Below, piece after piece: positions 1 to 19,255 of a stretch of 32,000 bases of DNA. Position 1 is the first letter of the stretch. Each line of letters begins with the position of its first letter. The position numbers were made by a program, and so were the translations under genes. Below the pieces are notes generated by a model, which was not told the DNA's origin, made no database searches, and saw only the letters and a program-made list of their open reading frames with translations. Source of the stretch: Schaalia odontolytica (GTDB taxonomy: Bacteria > Actinomycetota > Actinomycetes > Actinomycetales > Actinomycetaceae); contig NZ_CP040006.1 in NCBI RefSeq assembly GCF_005696695.1, positions 1,560,001 to 1,592,000 of the forward strand, read 5' to 3'.

Positions 1-4952
<4,952 letters not shown>

Positions 4953-5062
4953 AAAAACAAAAACGTTAAAGCCCAGAAAAACCAACCAACCAAAAAAGGC
5001 CAGCCAGCAATCCCAACCAAAAACACTCAAAAACAAAAAACAGGCATAAAAAAACAAACAAA

Positions 5063-5087
5063 CACACTATCGAGTTCACAAACAACA
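5063..5087 (-). promoter_or_regulatory. Conserved rRNA leader motif (BoxA/antitermination-like region)
   Basis: The minus strand reads TGTTGTTTGTGAACTCGATAGTGTG. This closely resembles the conserved actinobacterial rrn leader block (mycobacterial ...TTTGAGAACTCAATAGTGTG...) upstream of 16S. Confidence 0.45.
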
Positions 5088-5182
5088 CCCACACACCCCA
5101 GACAACCAAGCCAAAAACCCAGCCACCAGAGCGGTGAACCACCACCACAAACCCACTCACAAGCTCGCGGCGACAGGTGAAT

Positions 5183-5211
5183 AATCTACTCACCCCCACA
5201 CCCAAAGTCAA
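5183..5211 (-). promoter_or_regulatory. Candidate rRNA operon promoter (TTGACT-17 nt-TAGATT)
   Basis: On the minus strand the -35 TTGACT is at 5211-5206, followed by a 17-nt spacer and the -10 TAGATT at 5188-5183 (fits actinobacterial TANNNT). It lies about 230 nt upstream of the mature 16S 5' end. A weaker second TTGACT is at 5307-5302. Confidence 0.5.
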
Positions 5212-5305
5212 ACCAAAACACCGTGACCCCCACCATACAAGCCACAAACCCACCAAACACAACGAAAAGTCTGGGTCGATTCAGCTTGCATGACCGTGCA
5301 CAGTC

Positions 5306-5352
5306 AACGAAAAGGCGGGCCCGACCGCGCATCACCAGCGCGATCGGGCCCG
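5306..5352 (-). terminator. Intrinsic terminator downstream of the malic enzyme gene
   Basis: A 14-bp GC stem pairs 5316-5329 with 5339-5352. Its single mismatch becomes a G-U wobble only in the minus-strand RNA. On the minus strand it is followed by CCTTTTCG. Confidence 0.6.
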
Positions 5353-5372
5353 TCAAACAGCCGAAATGACTC

Positions 5373-6800
5373 TCAGTTCACATCCATGTCGGGCTGAACG
5401 GGGATATCAACAGTCGGCAGGTCGCGCACGGCGCGACGCACGGCCTTGGAAACGGCGGGAGCAACCCGCTTATCGAAGGCGCCGGGGATGATGTAGGAGG
5501 GCGAGAGCTCGTCCTCGGAGATCACGGACGCGATAGCCACGGAAGCAACGCGCAGAACCTCGGTCGTAATCTCCTTGACCTTGGCGTCCAGGAGGCCACG
5601 GAACAGACCCGGGAAGGCCAGAACGTTGTTGATCTGGTTCGGATAGTCGCTGCGGCCCGTGGCGACGACGGCGGCGTACTTGCCGGCGCCGATCGGGTCG
5701 ACCTCTGGTGTGGGGTTGGCCAGCGCGAAGACGATGGCGTCGTCCGCCATGGTCTCGACGTCGGAGGGATCGAGAATGTTGCCGGAGGAGACGCCGATGA
5801 AGACGTCCGCACCCTTCAGGACCTCCTTGAGGGAGCCGTGGACGTGGCGGGGGTTGGTCGCCTCGGCCAGCGCCTTACGAGAGGGGTGCATGCCCTCGGT
5901 CGCGTCTCCGGACAGCGCGCCATCGCGGCCGCAGCCGATGATGTCGCGCGCACCCTGGGCGAGCAGCAGGCGGATGATCGCGTTGCCGGCGGCGCCAACG
6001 CCGGAGACGACGATACGCACGTCTTCGATCTTCTTGTTCACGATCTTCAGCGCGTTGATGAGTGCAGAGAGGACCACGATCGCGGTGCCGTGCTGGTCGT
6101 CATGGAAGACGGGGATGTCGAGCTCGGCGCGCAGGCGCTCTTCGATCTCGAAGCAGCGGGGCGCGGAGATGTCCTCCAGGTTGATGCCGCCGTATGCGGG
6201 GGCGATCGCCTTGACGATCGAGATGATCTCTTCGGTGTCCTTGGTGTCCAGGACGACCGGCCACGCATCCACGCCGCCGAACTCCTTGAACAGGACGGCC
6301 TTTCCTTCCATGACGGGCAGAGCGGCCTCGGGGCCGATGTCACCCAGGCCGAGGACCGCGGTGCCGTCGGAGACGACCGCGACCGTGTTGGCCTTCATGG
6401 TCAGCAGGTGGGCCTTCTGGGGCATGTCGTGGATGGCGGTGCACACACGGGCCACGCCGGGCGTGTAGGCGCGCGAGAGGTCGTCACGGTTACGCAGCGG
6501 CACCTTGGAGTGGATCTCCACCTTGCCGCCGATGTGGCTCATGAAGGTCTGGTCGGCGACCGAATCGGCGGTCACGCCGGGCAGCGCGCCGATGGCGTCG
6601 CGGACCTCGCGGCGGTGCTCGGAATCGCGCATGTCGCACGTCAGGTCGATGATGATGCGCCCGCGGTCGGAGTCGGCCACGTCGAGGCCCTTGATCTCCG
6701 CTCCAGTCGAAGAGACTGCGTCAACAATGGACGCGATGGAAGTCGTCTTCTCGTCCACCTCGATACGGTAGGAGGCGGTGTACGACGGCGATGTGCGCAT
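5373..6800 (-). CDS. NAD(P)-dependent malic enzyme (small MaeB-type) with N-terminal ACT-like domain
   Basis: 475 aa. Malic-enzyme motifs are present: LSRAYTPGVA, VVSDGTAVLGLGDIGP, PVMEGKAVLFKEFGG, INLEDISAPRCFEIE, FHDDQHGTAIV and the Rossmann motif VVSGVGAAG. The first ~85 aa look like an ACT fold. Confidence 0.9.
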   Translation of the reverse strand: MRTSPSYTASYRIEVDEKTTSIASIVDAVSSTGAEIKGLDVADSDRGRIIIDLTCDMRDSEHRREVRDAIGALPGVTADSVADQTFMSHIGGKVEIHSKVPLRNRDDLSRAYTPGVARVCTAIHDMPQKAHLLTMKANTVAVVSDGTAVLGLGDIGPEAALPVMEGKAVLFKEFGGVDAWPVVLDTKDTEEIISIVKAIAPAYGGINLEDISAPRCFEIEERLRAELDIPVFHDDQHGTAIVVLSALINALKIVNKKIEDVRIVVSGVGAAGNAIIRLLLAQGARDIIGCGRDGALSGDATEGMHPSRKALAEATNPRHVHGSLKEVLKGADVFIGVSSGNILDPSDVETMADDAIVFALANPTPEVDPIGAGKYAAVVATGRSDYPNQINNVLAFPGLFRGLLDAKVKEITTEVLRVASVAIASVISEDELSPSYIIPGAFDKRVAPAVSKAVRRAVRDLPTVDIPVQPDMDVN

Positions 6801-6991
6801 GTCTGTCCTTTCGTTGGGCGCCCGGCCACAGTCGGCCCAGCTGTCCTCAAGCGCTCATCCTAGGTAACTTTCCGCTCCCCCCGGAAGAGGAATGCCACAA
6901 CGTGGACACGTGCGAACGATCAGGGACGAGGCCGGGGCTCCTCCTCGGGAGATCACCACGAGGCCGGGGCGTCCAGTCCGGAGACGACGAC

Positions 6992-7022
6992 GGGGGCCGG
7001 GATCGCATTGATCCCGGCCCCC
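6992..7022 (-). terminator. GC hairpin downstream of gatB (no clear U-tract)
   Basis: Perfect 13-bp stem gggggccgggatc / gatcccggccccc with a 5-nt loop, 23 nt after the gatB stop. Confidence 0.45.
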
Positions 7023-7044
7023 GTGACGCTCGTGCGGAGTAACC

Positions 7045-8544
7045 TCAGGCGCCGACCATTTCCATGATCAGCTCACGCACGCGGGCGGCGTCAGCCTGCC
7101 CGCGTGTGGCCTTCATGACCGCGCCGACGAGGGCGCCGGCCGCCTGGACCTTGCCGCCCTTGATCTTCTCGACGATGTCGGGGTTGGCGTCCAAGGCCTC
7201 CTGGACGGCAGCCGTCAGGGCGCCGTCGTCGGAGACGACCTCGAGACCGCGGGCCTCGACGACCTGCGTCGGATCGCCTTCGCCCGCGAGGACACCCTCG
7301 AGGGCCTGGCGCGCCAGCTTGTCGTTGATGCGACCCGAATCGATGAGACCCTGCAGCTCAGCGACCTGAGCGGGGCTGACCCCGGCCTCGTCGAGGGAAA
7401 CCTCGCGCTCCTTGGCGCGACGCGAGATCTCACCCATCCACCACTTGCGGGCGGAGGCGGGATCACAGCCCGCGGCGACCGTGGCCTCGATGAGCTCGAG
7501 GGCGCCGGCGTTGATGACATCGCGCATCTCCATGTCCGCATACCCCCACTCGGTGCGCAGGCGGCGGCGCTTGGCGACGGGCAGCTCGGGCAGCGAGGCA
7601 CGCAGCTCCTCCACCCATTCACGATCCGGGCGGATCGGAACCAGATCCGGCTCGGGGAAGTAGCGGTAGTCCTCGGAATCCGACTTCTCACGGCCGGACG
7701 ACGTCGAGCCGTCCTCCTCGTGGTAGTGACGGGTCTCCTGCAGGATCGTGCCACCCTCGGACAGGATCTGGGCCTGGCGCTGCATCTCGTAGCGCACGGC
7801 CGAGGCGATGCCGCGGAAGGAGTTCACGTTCTTCGTCTCGGTGCGCGTACCCAGCGGGGACTCCGGCGTGGGGCGCAGCGACACGTTGATGTCGGCGCGC
7901 ACGTTGCCGCGCTCCATGCGGGCCTCGGACACGTCGAGGGCGCGGAAAATATCGCGCAGGGCCTGCACGTAGGCGGCAGCCACCTCGGGCGCACGCTCGC
8001 CGGCGCCCTCGATCGGGCGCGTCACGATCTCCACGAGCGGCACGCCCGCGCGGTTGTAGTCCACGAGCGAGTGGTCCGCGCCCTGGATGCGGCCATCAGC
8101 ACCACCGATGTGCGTGTTCTTACCCGCGTCCTCCTCCATGTGCGCGCGCTCAATCTGCACGCGGAACATGGTGCCGTCCTCGAGCTCGACGTCCACGTAG
8201 CCGTCGTGAGCGATCGGCTCGTCGGACTGAGAGGTCTGGAAGGCCTTCGTCAGGTCCGGGTAGAAGTAGTTCTTACGCGCGAAACGGCAGTACTCCGCGA
8301 TCTCGCAGTTCAGCGCCAGGCCGATCTTGATCGCGTACTCGACGGCCTTGTGGTTGACGACCGGCAGGGAGCCAGGCAAACCCAGCGATACGGGGGTCAC
8401 GAAGGTGTTCGGGTCGCCGCCAAACGCGTTGGGGGCGGCGTCGAACATCTTGGTCTTGGTGCCCAGCTCGACGTGCACCTCAATGCCGAGAACCGGGTCG
8501 AAGCGGCGCGCCGCCTCGTCGTAATCCATGAGCTCAGTCATCAC
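7045..8544 (-). CDS. gatB: Asp-tRNA(Asn)/Glu-tRNA(Gln) amidotransferase subunit B
   Basis: 499 aa with typical GatB N-terminus ([20 protein letters not shown]..., [12 protein letters not shown]) and a C-terminal YqeY-like tail. Its start overlaps the gatA stop by 4 nt. Confidence 0.95.
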   Translation of the reverse strand: MMTELMDYDEAARRFDPVLGIEVHVELGTKTKMFDAAPNAFGGDPNTFVTPVSLGLPGSLPVVNHKAVEYAIKIGLALNCEIAEYCRFARKNYFYPDLTKAFQTSQSDEPIAHDGYVDVELEDGTMFRVQIERAHMEEDAGKNTHIGGADGRIQGADHSLVDYNRAGVPLVEIVTRPIEGAGERAPEVAAAYVQALRDIFRALDVSEARMERGNVRADINVSLRPTPESPLGTRTETKNVNSFRGIASAVRYEMQRQAQILSEGGTILQETRHYHEEDGSTSSGREKSDSEDYRYFPEPDLVPIRPDREWVEELRASLPELPVAKRRRLRTEWGYADMEMRDVINAGALELIEATVAAGCDPASARKWWMGEISRRAKEREVSLDEAGVSPAQVAELQGLIDSGRINDKLARQALEGVLAGEGDPTQVVEARGLEVVSDDGALTAAVQEALDANPDIVEKIKGGKVQAAGALVGAVMKATRGQADAARVRELIMEMVGA

Positions 8545-10046
8545 TTTTCCTCCCAGTTAGCTGCGGGGCACTGACCCGCGACGTCGTCGCTGAGCGCCTC
8601 CACCAGGGACGCCACCTTGTACATGACCAGGTCGCCGCGCGCGGGGGCCAGCACCTGGAAGCCGATGGGCAGGCCCTCGGAGGACACCGCGTTAGGCACG
8701 TTCACGCCGGGGATGCCCGCCAGGTTCGCGGGGATCGTCGCGACGTCGTAGAGGTACATGGCCAGCGGGTCGGAGGTCTTCTCGCCGAACTTGAAGGCCG
8801 TCTCGGGGGCCGTGGGCGACACAAGCACGTCGACCTGCTCGAATACCGCGTCGAAGTCGCGCTGGATGAGCGTGCGCACCTTCTGGGCGCTGCCGTAGTA
8901 TGCGTCGTAGTAGCCGGCCGAGAGCACGTGCGTGCCCAGGATGATGCGGCGCTTGACCTCGTCGCCGAAGCCGGCCTCGCGGGTGGCGGCCATGACGCGC
9001 TCGGCGGTCACGGGGCCCTCGGTGGGCTCGACGCGGATGCCGTAGCGCATGCCGTCGAAGCGGGCCAGGTTCGAGGAGACCTCGGCGGGCATGATCAGGT
9101 AGTAGGCGCCCAGCGAGTACTCCAGGTGCGGGCAGGAAACCTCGACGATCTCAGCGCCGGCCTCGCGCAGCTTCTCGACGGTGGCATTGAAGGCGTCGAT
9201 GACGTCCTTCTGGTAGCCCTCGCCGCTCAGCTCCTTGACGACGCCGACCTTCAGGCCCTTCATGGAGCCCTGCGCGGCGACGGACTCGACGGCCTCGGTG
9301 AGCGCGGGGACCGGCTCGTTGAGGGAGGTCGAATCGTTGGGGTCGTAGCCGCCGATCAGCTCGGTCAGGGCGGCCGCGTCGGCGACCGTGCGGGTGACGG
9401 GGCCGATCTGGTCCAGGGACGAGGCCATGGCCACCAGGCCGAAACGCGACACCGCGCCGTAGGTGGGCTTGGCGCCGACCGTGCCGGTCACGAACGCGGG
9501 CTGGCGGATCGAGCCGCCCGTGTCGGAACCGAGGGCCAGGGGCACCATGTAGGCCGCGACAGCAGCGGCCGAACCGCCGCCGGAGCCGCCGGGGATGCGC
9601 TCGGTGTCCCAGGGGTTCTTCGTCGCACCGAAGGCGGAATGCTCGGTGGACGAGCCCATGGCGAACTCATCCATGTTGGTCTTGCCGACGATGGGCAGGC
9701 CGGCTTCCTTGATCTTGGCGGTGACGGTCGCATCGTAGGGAGGCTCCCAGTCGCCCAGGATCTTCGAGGCGCAGGTGGTGCGCAGGCCGCGCGTCACCAC
9801 GTTGTCCTTCACGGCGATCGGCACACCCGCCAGGCGGTGCAGGGTCTCCCCCGCCGCTCGGCGCGCGTCCACGTCGGCCGCGGTCGCCAGGGCGCCCTCG
9901 CGGTCGATGGTGATGAAGGCGTTGACGCGGTCCTCGATGGCGTCGATGCGGTCCAGGCACGCCTGGGTCAGCTCGACGGAGGTGATCTGGCCGGCGGCCA
10001 GCATGTCCGCCAGCTCGAGGGCGCTCTTCTTCAGCAGCTCGTTCAT
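8541..10046 (-). CDS. gatA: Glutamyl-tRNA(Gln) amidotransferase subunit A
   Basis: Amidase signature [13 protein letters not shown] and the block [18 protein letters not shown] are present. I chose the ATG at 10046 ([16 protein letters not shown]), which overlaps the gatC stop by 1 nt (TGATG). The upstream 37 codons of the track ORF are Arg/Gly-rich and overlap gatC. Confidence 0.92.
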   Translation of the reverse strand: MNELLKKSALELADMLAAGQITSVELTQACLDRIDAIEDRVNAFITIDREGALATAADVDARRAAGETLHRLAGVPIAVKDNVVTRGLRTTCASKILGDWEPPYDATVTAKIKEAGLPIVGKTNMDEFAMGSSTEHSAFGATKNPWDTERIPGGSGGGSAAAVAAYMVPLALGSDTGGSIRQPAFVTGTVGAKPTYGAVSRFGLVAMASSLDQIGPVTRTVADAAALTELIGGYDPNDSTSLNEPVPALTEAVESVAAQGSMKGLKVGVVKELSGEGYQKDVIDAFNATVEKLREAGAEIVEVSCPHLEYSLGAYYLIMPAEVSSNLARFDGMRYGIRVEPTEGPVTAERVMAATREAGFGDEVKRRIILGTHVLSAGYYDAYYGSAQKVRTLIQRDFDAVFEQVDVLVSPTAPETAFKFGEKTSDPLAMYLYDVATIPANLAGIPGVNVPNAVSSEGLPIGFQVLAPARGDLVMYKVASLVEALSDDVAGQCPAANWEEK

Positions 10047-10342
10047 CAGTCCTCCCCCAGAATCTGCGGAACCAGGAACATGCCGTCCTGGGCGGCGGGC
10101 GCCTGAGCGAGCACCTCGTCGCGGTCCACGGTCTGCCCAACCTCGTCTTCGCGCCACACGTTGGTCAGCGGAATCGGGTGGGACGTGGCGGGAACCTCGG
10201 GGGTGGCGACCTCGGACACCTTGGAGACGGCGTCGGCGATCGCGTCGAGCTCACCCGCGAAACGCGTGATTTCCTCGTCGGTCAATGCGATGTGGGCCAG
10301 GCCCGCAACGCGGGCGACCTCGTCAGTACTAATGCGTGACAT
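10046..10342 (-). CDS. gatC: Glutamyl-tRNA(Gln) amidotransferase subunit C
   Basis: The N-terminus [25 protein letters not shown] is typical of GatC. I preferred the ATG at 10342 over 10351, but the start is uncertain by 3 codons. Confidence 0.9.
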   Translation of the reverse strand: MSRISTDEVARVAGLAHIALTDEEITRFAGELDAIADAVSKVSEVATPEVPATSHPIPLTNVWREDEVGQTVDRDEVLAQAPAAQDGMFLVPQILGED

Positions 10343-10360
10343 GTGTGGCATCCTACCCGT

Positions 10361-11626
10361 ATGGCCTTTTCACAGCGACGCCAACTCACCAGGCAGACGT
10401 GGTCCATTGTCAAAAAAGCGGGAATCGCGCTGCTCGCCGCCCAGGCGGCCGCAGTCGTGACCGTGCACGCGATCGACCGCATGCGCACAGCCCGTATCCC
10501 CGGTGGCGTGCACGGTTTCCCCACCCTGCCTCCCGCCGACACGCAGATCGGCAACACCGTGGCGCGCACGTACACGGAGGGAACCTCCCTGTACGCGGAC
10601 ATGCTGGAGGCCATCGAAGGGGCAACGCATCACATTTATTTCGAGACCTTCATTTGGCGCTCAGACCGCTGGGGACAACGATTTAAGGACGCACTCATCG
10701 CCGCCGCCGAGCGCGGCGTCGAGGTGTTCTGCGTGTGGGACGGCTTCGGCGTCCTCAACCAGGATCCGCGCTTCTACAAGTTCCCCGTCATGCCGAATCT
10801 GCACGTGCGTAAGTTCCCGACGCTTCGCTCGGGCTTCTTCACCCTGAATATTCGTCGCACGGGCCAGGATCACCGCAAGATTCTCGTGGTCGACGGCGAG
10901 GTCGGCTTCGTGGGCGGCTACAACATCGGCGATCCGTTCGCGAATGAGTGGCGCGACACCCACGTGCGCATCACGGGCGAGGCCGTGTGGGAGCTGGAAA
11001 ACGGCTTCGTCGACTTCTGGAACCACTTCCGCCCCGCAACCAGCCCCGAGCTACCGGATCAGGGTGCGCGCGCGTGGAGCGCGGACGTGACCGCGCAGTT
11101 CAACCTGCCGCACTACCTCCTCTTCCCGATCCGCGGCATGTACATCGACGCGATCGAGCGTGCGACCGACCGTGTGCTCATCACGACGGCGTATTTCATC
11201 CCTGACCGCGAGGTCCTCGGTTCCCTGATCGCCGCCGCCCGCCGTGGCGTGCGCGTCCAGGTGTTGATCCCCGAGTATTCCAACCACATTCTGGCGGACT
11301 GGGTGGCGCGCCCCTACTACGGCGAGCTGCTGCGCGAGGGCGTGGAGATCTGGTTGTACCGTCACGCGATGGTCCACTCCAAGACGATGACGGTGGACGG
11401 TCGCTGGTCGACGATCGGCACGGCGAACATCGACCGCCTGTCGATGCGCGGCAACTACGAGGTGTGCCTGCAGTTCTTCTCTCGCCCGCTGGCTGCGCGC
11501 ATGGAGGAGATTTTCGCGAACGACCTGACGACGGCCCGCCGCCTGACGATCGACGAGTGGGAGAAGCGCTCGATGATCACCCGCGTCGGCGAGGTGCTGC
11601 TGGGTCCCTTCGAGCCCTTCGTCTGA
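10361..11626 (+). CDS. Phospholipase D family protein, cardiolipin synthase-like (two HKD motifs, N-terminal TM)
   Basis: Two HxKxxxxD motifs are present (HRKILVVDGEVGFVGGYNIGD and HSKTMTVDGRWSTIGTANID), plus an N-terminal hydrophobic helix AGIALLAAQAAAVVTV. The start is ambiguous between GTG 10343 and ATG 10361. Confidence 0.85.
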   Translation: MAFSQRRQLTRQTWSIVKKAGIALLAAQAAAVVTVHAIDRMRTARIPGGVHGFPTLPPADTQIGNTVARTYTEGTSLYADMLEAIEGATHHIYFETFIWRSDRWGQRFKDALIAAAERGVEVFCVWDGFGVLNQDPRFYKFPVMPNLHVRKFPTLRSGFFTLNIRRTGQDHRKILVVDGEVGFVGGYNIGDPFANEWRDTHVRITGEAVWELENGFVDFWNHFRPATSPELPDQGARAWSADVTAQFNLPHYLLFPIRGMYIDAIERATDRVLITTAYFIPDREVLGSLIAAARRGVRVQVLIPEYSNHILADWVARPYYGELLREGVEIWLYRHAMVHSKTMTVDGRWSTIGTANIDRLSMRGNYEVCLQFFSRPLAARMEEIFANDLTTARRLTIDEWEKRSMITRVGEVLLGPFEPFV

Positions 11627-11638
11627 GCCCCGGCCTCG

Positions 11639-17186
<5,548 letters not shown>

Positions 17187-17338
17187 GTCCCACCTTATTG
17201 GCCGGTCGTGAGCAGCCACATAGTGACATCTCCATTTCACTGTTGACACGACCTTGCGCGACTAAGATGACCTAGCGGACACTGAAAAAGAGTAAAAGAG
17301 AACCAGGCGCACAGGACGCGAGGAGCGAAAGACAGATC

Positions 17339-17590
17339 ATGGATTGGCGCAGTAAGGCAGCATGCCTGACCGTAGACCCGGAACTTTTCTTCCCCATCGG
17401 GAACACGGGTCCGGCTATTACGCAGGTCGCCGAGGCCAAGGCTGTGTGCCGCGAGTGCGAGGTCGTGGGCATCTGCCTGCAGTGGGCCATCGACAACAAC
17501 CAGGACTCCGGCGTGTGGGGTGGCATGAGCGAAGAAGAACGCCGCTCCCTCAAGCGCCGCGCCGCGCGCGCACGCCGCGCAGGCTGCTAA
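17339..17590 (+). CDS. whiB: WhiB-family Fe-S transcription factor (WhiB1-like)
   Basis: 83 aa. Four Cys are in the WhiB pattern (C..C-x(22)-C-x2-C-x5-C region: AACLTVDPELFFP...VCRECEVVGICLQWA), followed by GVWGGMSEEERR and a basic tail. It is near-colinear with M. tuberculosis WhiB1. Confidence 0.92.
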   Translation: MDWRSKAACLTVDPELFFPIGNTGPAITQVAEAKAVCRECEVVGICLQWAIDNNQDSGVWGGMSEEERRSLKRRAARARRAGC

Positions 17591-17628
17591 CAAGCCACAG
17601 CGCCCGCACGCGCCGTACAAACGATCAA

Positions 17629-17657
17629 GGCCGAGGATCCACAACGGATCCCCGGCC
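17629..17657. terminator. Hairpin between convergent whiB and pdtaS-like genes
   Basis: The stem ggccgaggatcc / ggatccccggcc has a 5-nt loop. Its single mismatch is a G-U wobble on the minus-strand RNA. Flanking gatcaa/ttgatc can extend the stem. Confidence 0.5.
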
Positions 17658-17697
17658 TCGTTCGTTGATCATTCACACCGCCTGGGCGACTCCCCGA

Positions 17698-19158
17698 TCA
17701 GGCGGGATCCAGGTTGGCGTGGAGCGTGACGAGCGTGCCGCCGCCCTCGCGGGGCGCCCACTCGATCGACCCCTTGAGCTCGCCGCGCACCATCTGGTGC
17801 ACGATCTGCGTGCCCAGGCCGCTCATGGGCGTGCCCGGCACGAAGCCCACGCCATCGTCTGCGACGGTCACGGTCATGGACGTTCCCTCGCGCTCGGCGC
17901 GCACCTCGATGAGGCCGTCGCGGTCCGCAAGGCCATGCTCAACCGAGTTGGCGACCAGCTCGTTGAGGACTGTCGCCAGGGCCTGAGCCTGATCGGCCTG
18001 AATGGTACCGAAACTGCCGGTCGTGATGACCTCGACGGCGTGGTCCGTGGAGGCGATCGCACCGGCCATGCGCACGATCGTGCGTGCGACCTCGTCGAAG
18101 TCAACCGACTCATCGACGTTCTGCGACAGGGCGGCGTGCACGGTCGCGATCGCCTGCACGCGGCGCTCGGCCTCAGCGAGCGCGACCTTGACGGCTTCCT
18201 CGGAGGAGCGGCGCGACTGAAGGCGCAGCAGGGCGGATACGGTCTGCAGGTTGTTCTTGACGCGGTGGTGGATCTCGCGGATCGTCGCGTCCTTCGTCAT
18301 GAGTTCCTGCTCGTGACGGTGAACCTCGGAGACGTCGCGCGTCAGGATGACGGCGCCCAGGCGCTTACGTCCGTTGACGAGGGGCAGGGCACGCATGCTG
18401 ACGGTGGATGCGCGCGCGGCGATCTCGACGCGCCAGGAGGCACGGCCCATGACAACGACCGCCATGGATTCCTCGATGAGGGTGCCATCCCCGATGACCT
18501 CGGTAATCTCCTGAGCGAGAACCTTTCCGGTCACGTGCGTGCGGATGCCGAGGCGGCGCAGGCACGACACAGCGTTGGGGGTCGCGTGCTGGACGCGGCC
18601 CTCCGCATCCAGCAGGACGGCGCCGTCGAGGACTCGCGGGACGCCATGGGAGGTGACCTGCGGTGTTGAGTCGTAGGGGTATTCGCCGCGCGCCATCATC
18701 TGGCACAGGGTGTCGGCCGCGGCGACGGTCCACCCCTCGAAGCCGAGGGACAGACGCGGACTCGACAGGTTGGCCTCGCGCGTGACGACGGCGATGATGC
18801 GCCCGTCGTGGCACACGGGCACGCAGGTTTCCATCATCGAATAGGTGCCGGCCCAGCGGGCGGCGGGCGAACGCACGACCTGACCGGTCTGCAGAGCGCG
18901 CCGCAGGTCGATTTCGCGGGCGGCGGGCAGGTGGAGGCCGATGATGTCGTCCACGTGGACGGTTGTCGAAGTCGCGGGACGGCAGTGGGCGGCCGCGATG
19001 AAGCGTCCGTCGTCGGCGGGCAGCCACAGAACAAGGTCGGCGGCCGCCAGATCGGCGAGCACCTGCCAGTCCGCGAGGAGGAGGTGCAGCCAATCGATGT
19101 CCTGCTCCGACAACGGCGTCGAAGAGGCTTCTTCAGCTAACTGCATGAGACTACGCAT
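17698..19158 (-). CDS. pdtaS: Soluble GAF/PAS sensor histidine kinase, PdtaS-like (HisKA_2 type)
   Basis: 486 aa with no TM segment. The H-box is HHRVKNNLQTVSALLRLQ, and the C-terminal HATPase region contains LNELVANSVEHG and DDGVGF. The arrangement next to whiB1 mirrors M. tuberculosis Rv3219/Rv3220c. Confidence 0.85.
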   Translation of the reverse strand: MRSLMQLAEEASSTPLSEQDIDWLHLLLADWQVLADLAAADLVLWLPADDGRFIAAAHCRPATSTTVHVDDIIGLHLPAAREIDLRRALQTGQVVRSPAARWAGTYSMMETCVPVCHDGRIIAVVTREANLSSPRLSLGFEGWTVAAADTLCQMMARGEYPYDSTPQVTSHGVPRVLDGAVLLDAEGRVQHATPNAVSCLRRLGIRTHVTGKVLAQEITEVIGDGTLIEESMAVVVMGRASWRVEIAARASTVSMRALPLVNGRKRLGAVILTRDVSEVHRHEQELMTKDATIREIHHRVKNNLQTVSALLRLQSRRSSEEAVKVALAEAERRVQAIATVHAALSQNVDESVDFDEVARTIVRMAGAIASTDHAVEVITTGSFGTIQADQAQALATVLNELVANSVEHGLADRDGLIEVRAEREGTSMTVTVADDGVGFVPGTPMSGLGTQIVHQMVRGELKGSIEWAPREGGGTLVTLHANLDPA

Positions 19159-19255
19159 GCATCTACTCTAAAGGGAGAGGGGCCGCAAGGGCGGACCTTA
19201 GTTGTAAATGAGCGCCGGGACACGCTTCGGCGCCGCTTCTTTCGTCAGGAGAACC

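Noticed and set aside
5838-6863. Long alternative-frame/antisense ORFs overlapping recognised genes. Examples are 5838-6863(+), 7720-8574(+), 8928-10106(+), 11960-13042(+), 15164-16669(+), 17362-18669(+), 23170-24471(-) and 29298-31211(-).
   Set aside because: Their translations are Arg/Gly/Ala/Pro-rich low-complexity sequence without motifs. Each lies fully inside a gene with clear family signatures on the other strand or frame. Stop-codon depletion in high-GC DNA produces such ORFs routinely.
6895-6912. Small palindromes ACGTG-GA-CACGT / CCACaacGTGG upstream of the malic enzyme gene.
   Set aside because: The arms are short (4-5 bp) in GC-rich DNA, which is expected by chance, and there is no second copy or known consensus.
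10047-10157. N-terminal extensions of track ORFs: gatA to 10157, ligA to 14149, fumC from 23011, the GH66 gene from 28197 and the DUF2505-like gene from 19208.
   Set aside because: The extensions are non-conserved and Arg/Pro-rich, or they overlap neighbouring genes or regulatory repeats. Internal starts give canonical N-termini and have SD-like sequences or translational coupling.
10361-11626. PLD-family protein as a possible defence nuclease inserted between gatCAB and ligA.
   Set aside because: Two HKD motifs in one chain plus an N-terminal TM helix fit the cardiolipin/phospholipid synthase type. There are no helicase, methylase or other defence partners nearby.
17221-17268. Candidate whiB promoter (TTGACA 17243-17248, TAAGAT 17263-17268) and a CRP-like GTGAC...TTCAC site upstream.
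   Set aside because: The -35/-10 spacing is only 14 nt, and the half-site spacing (10 nt) does not fit the TGTGA-N6-TCACA CRP consensus. It is too speculative to annotate.
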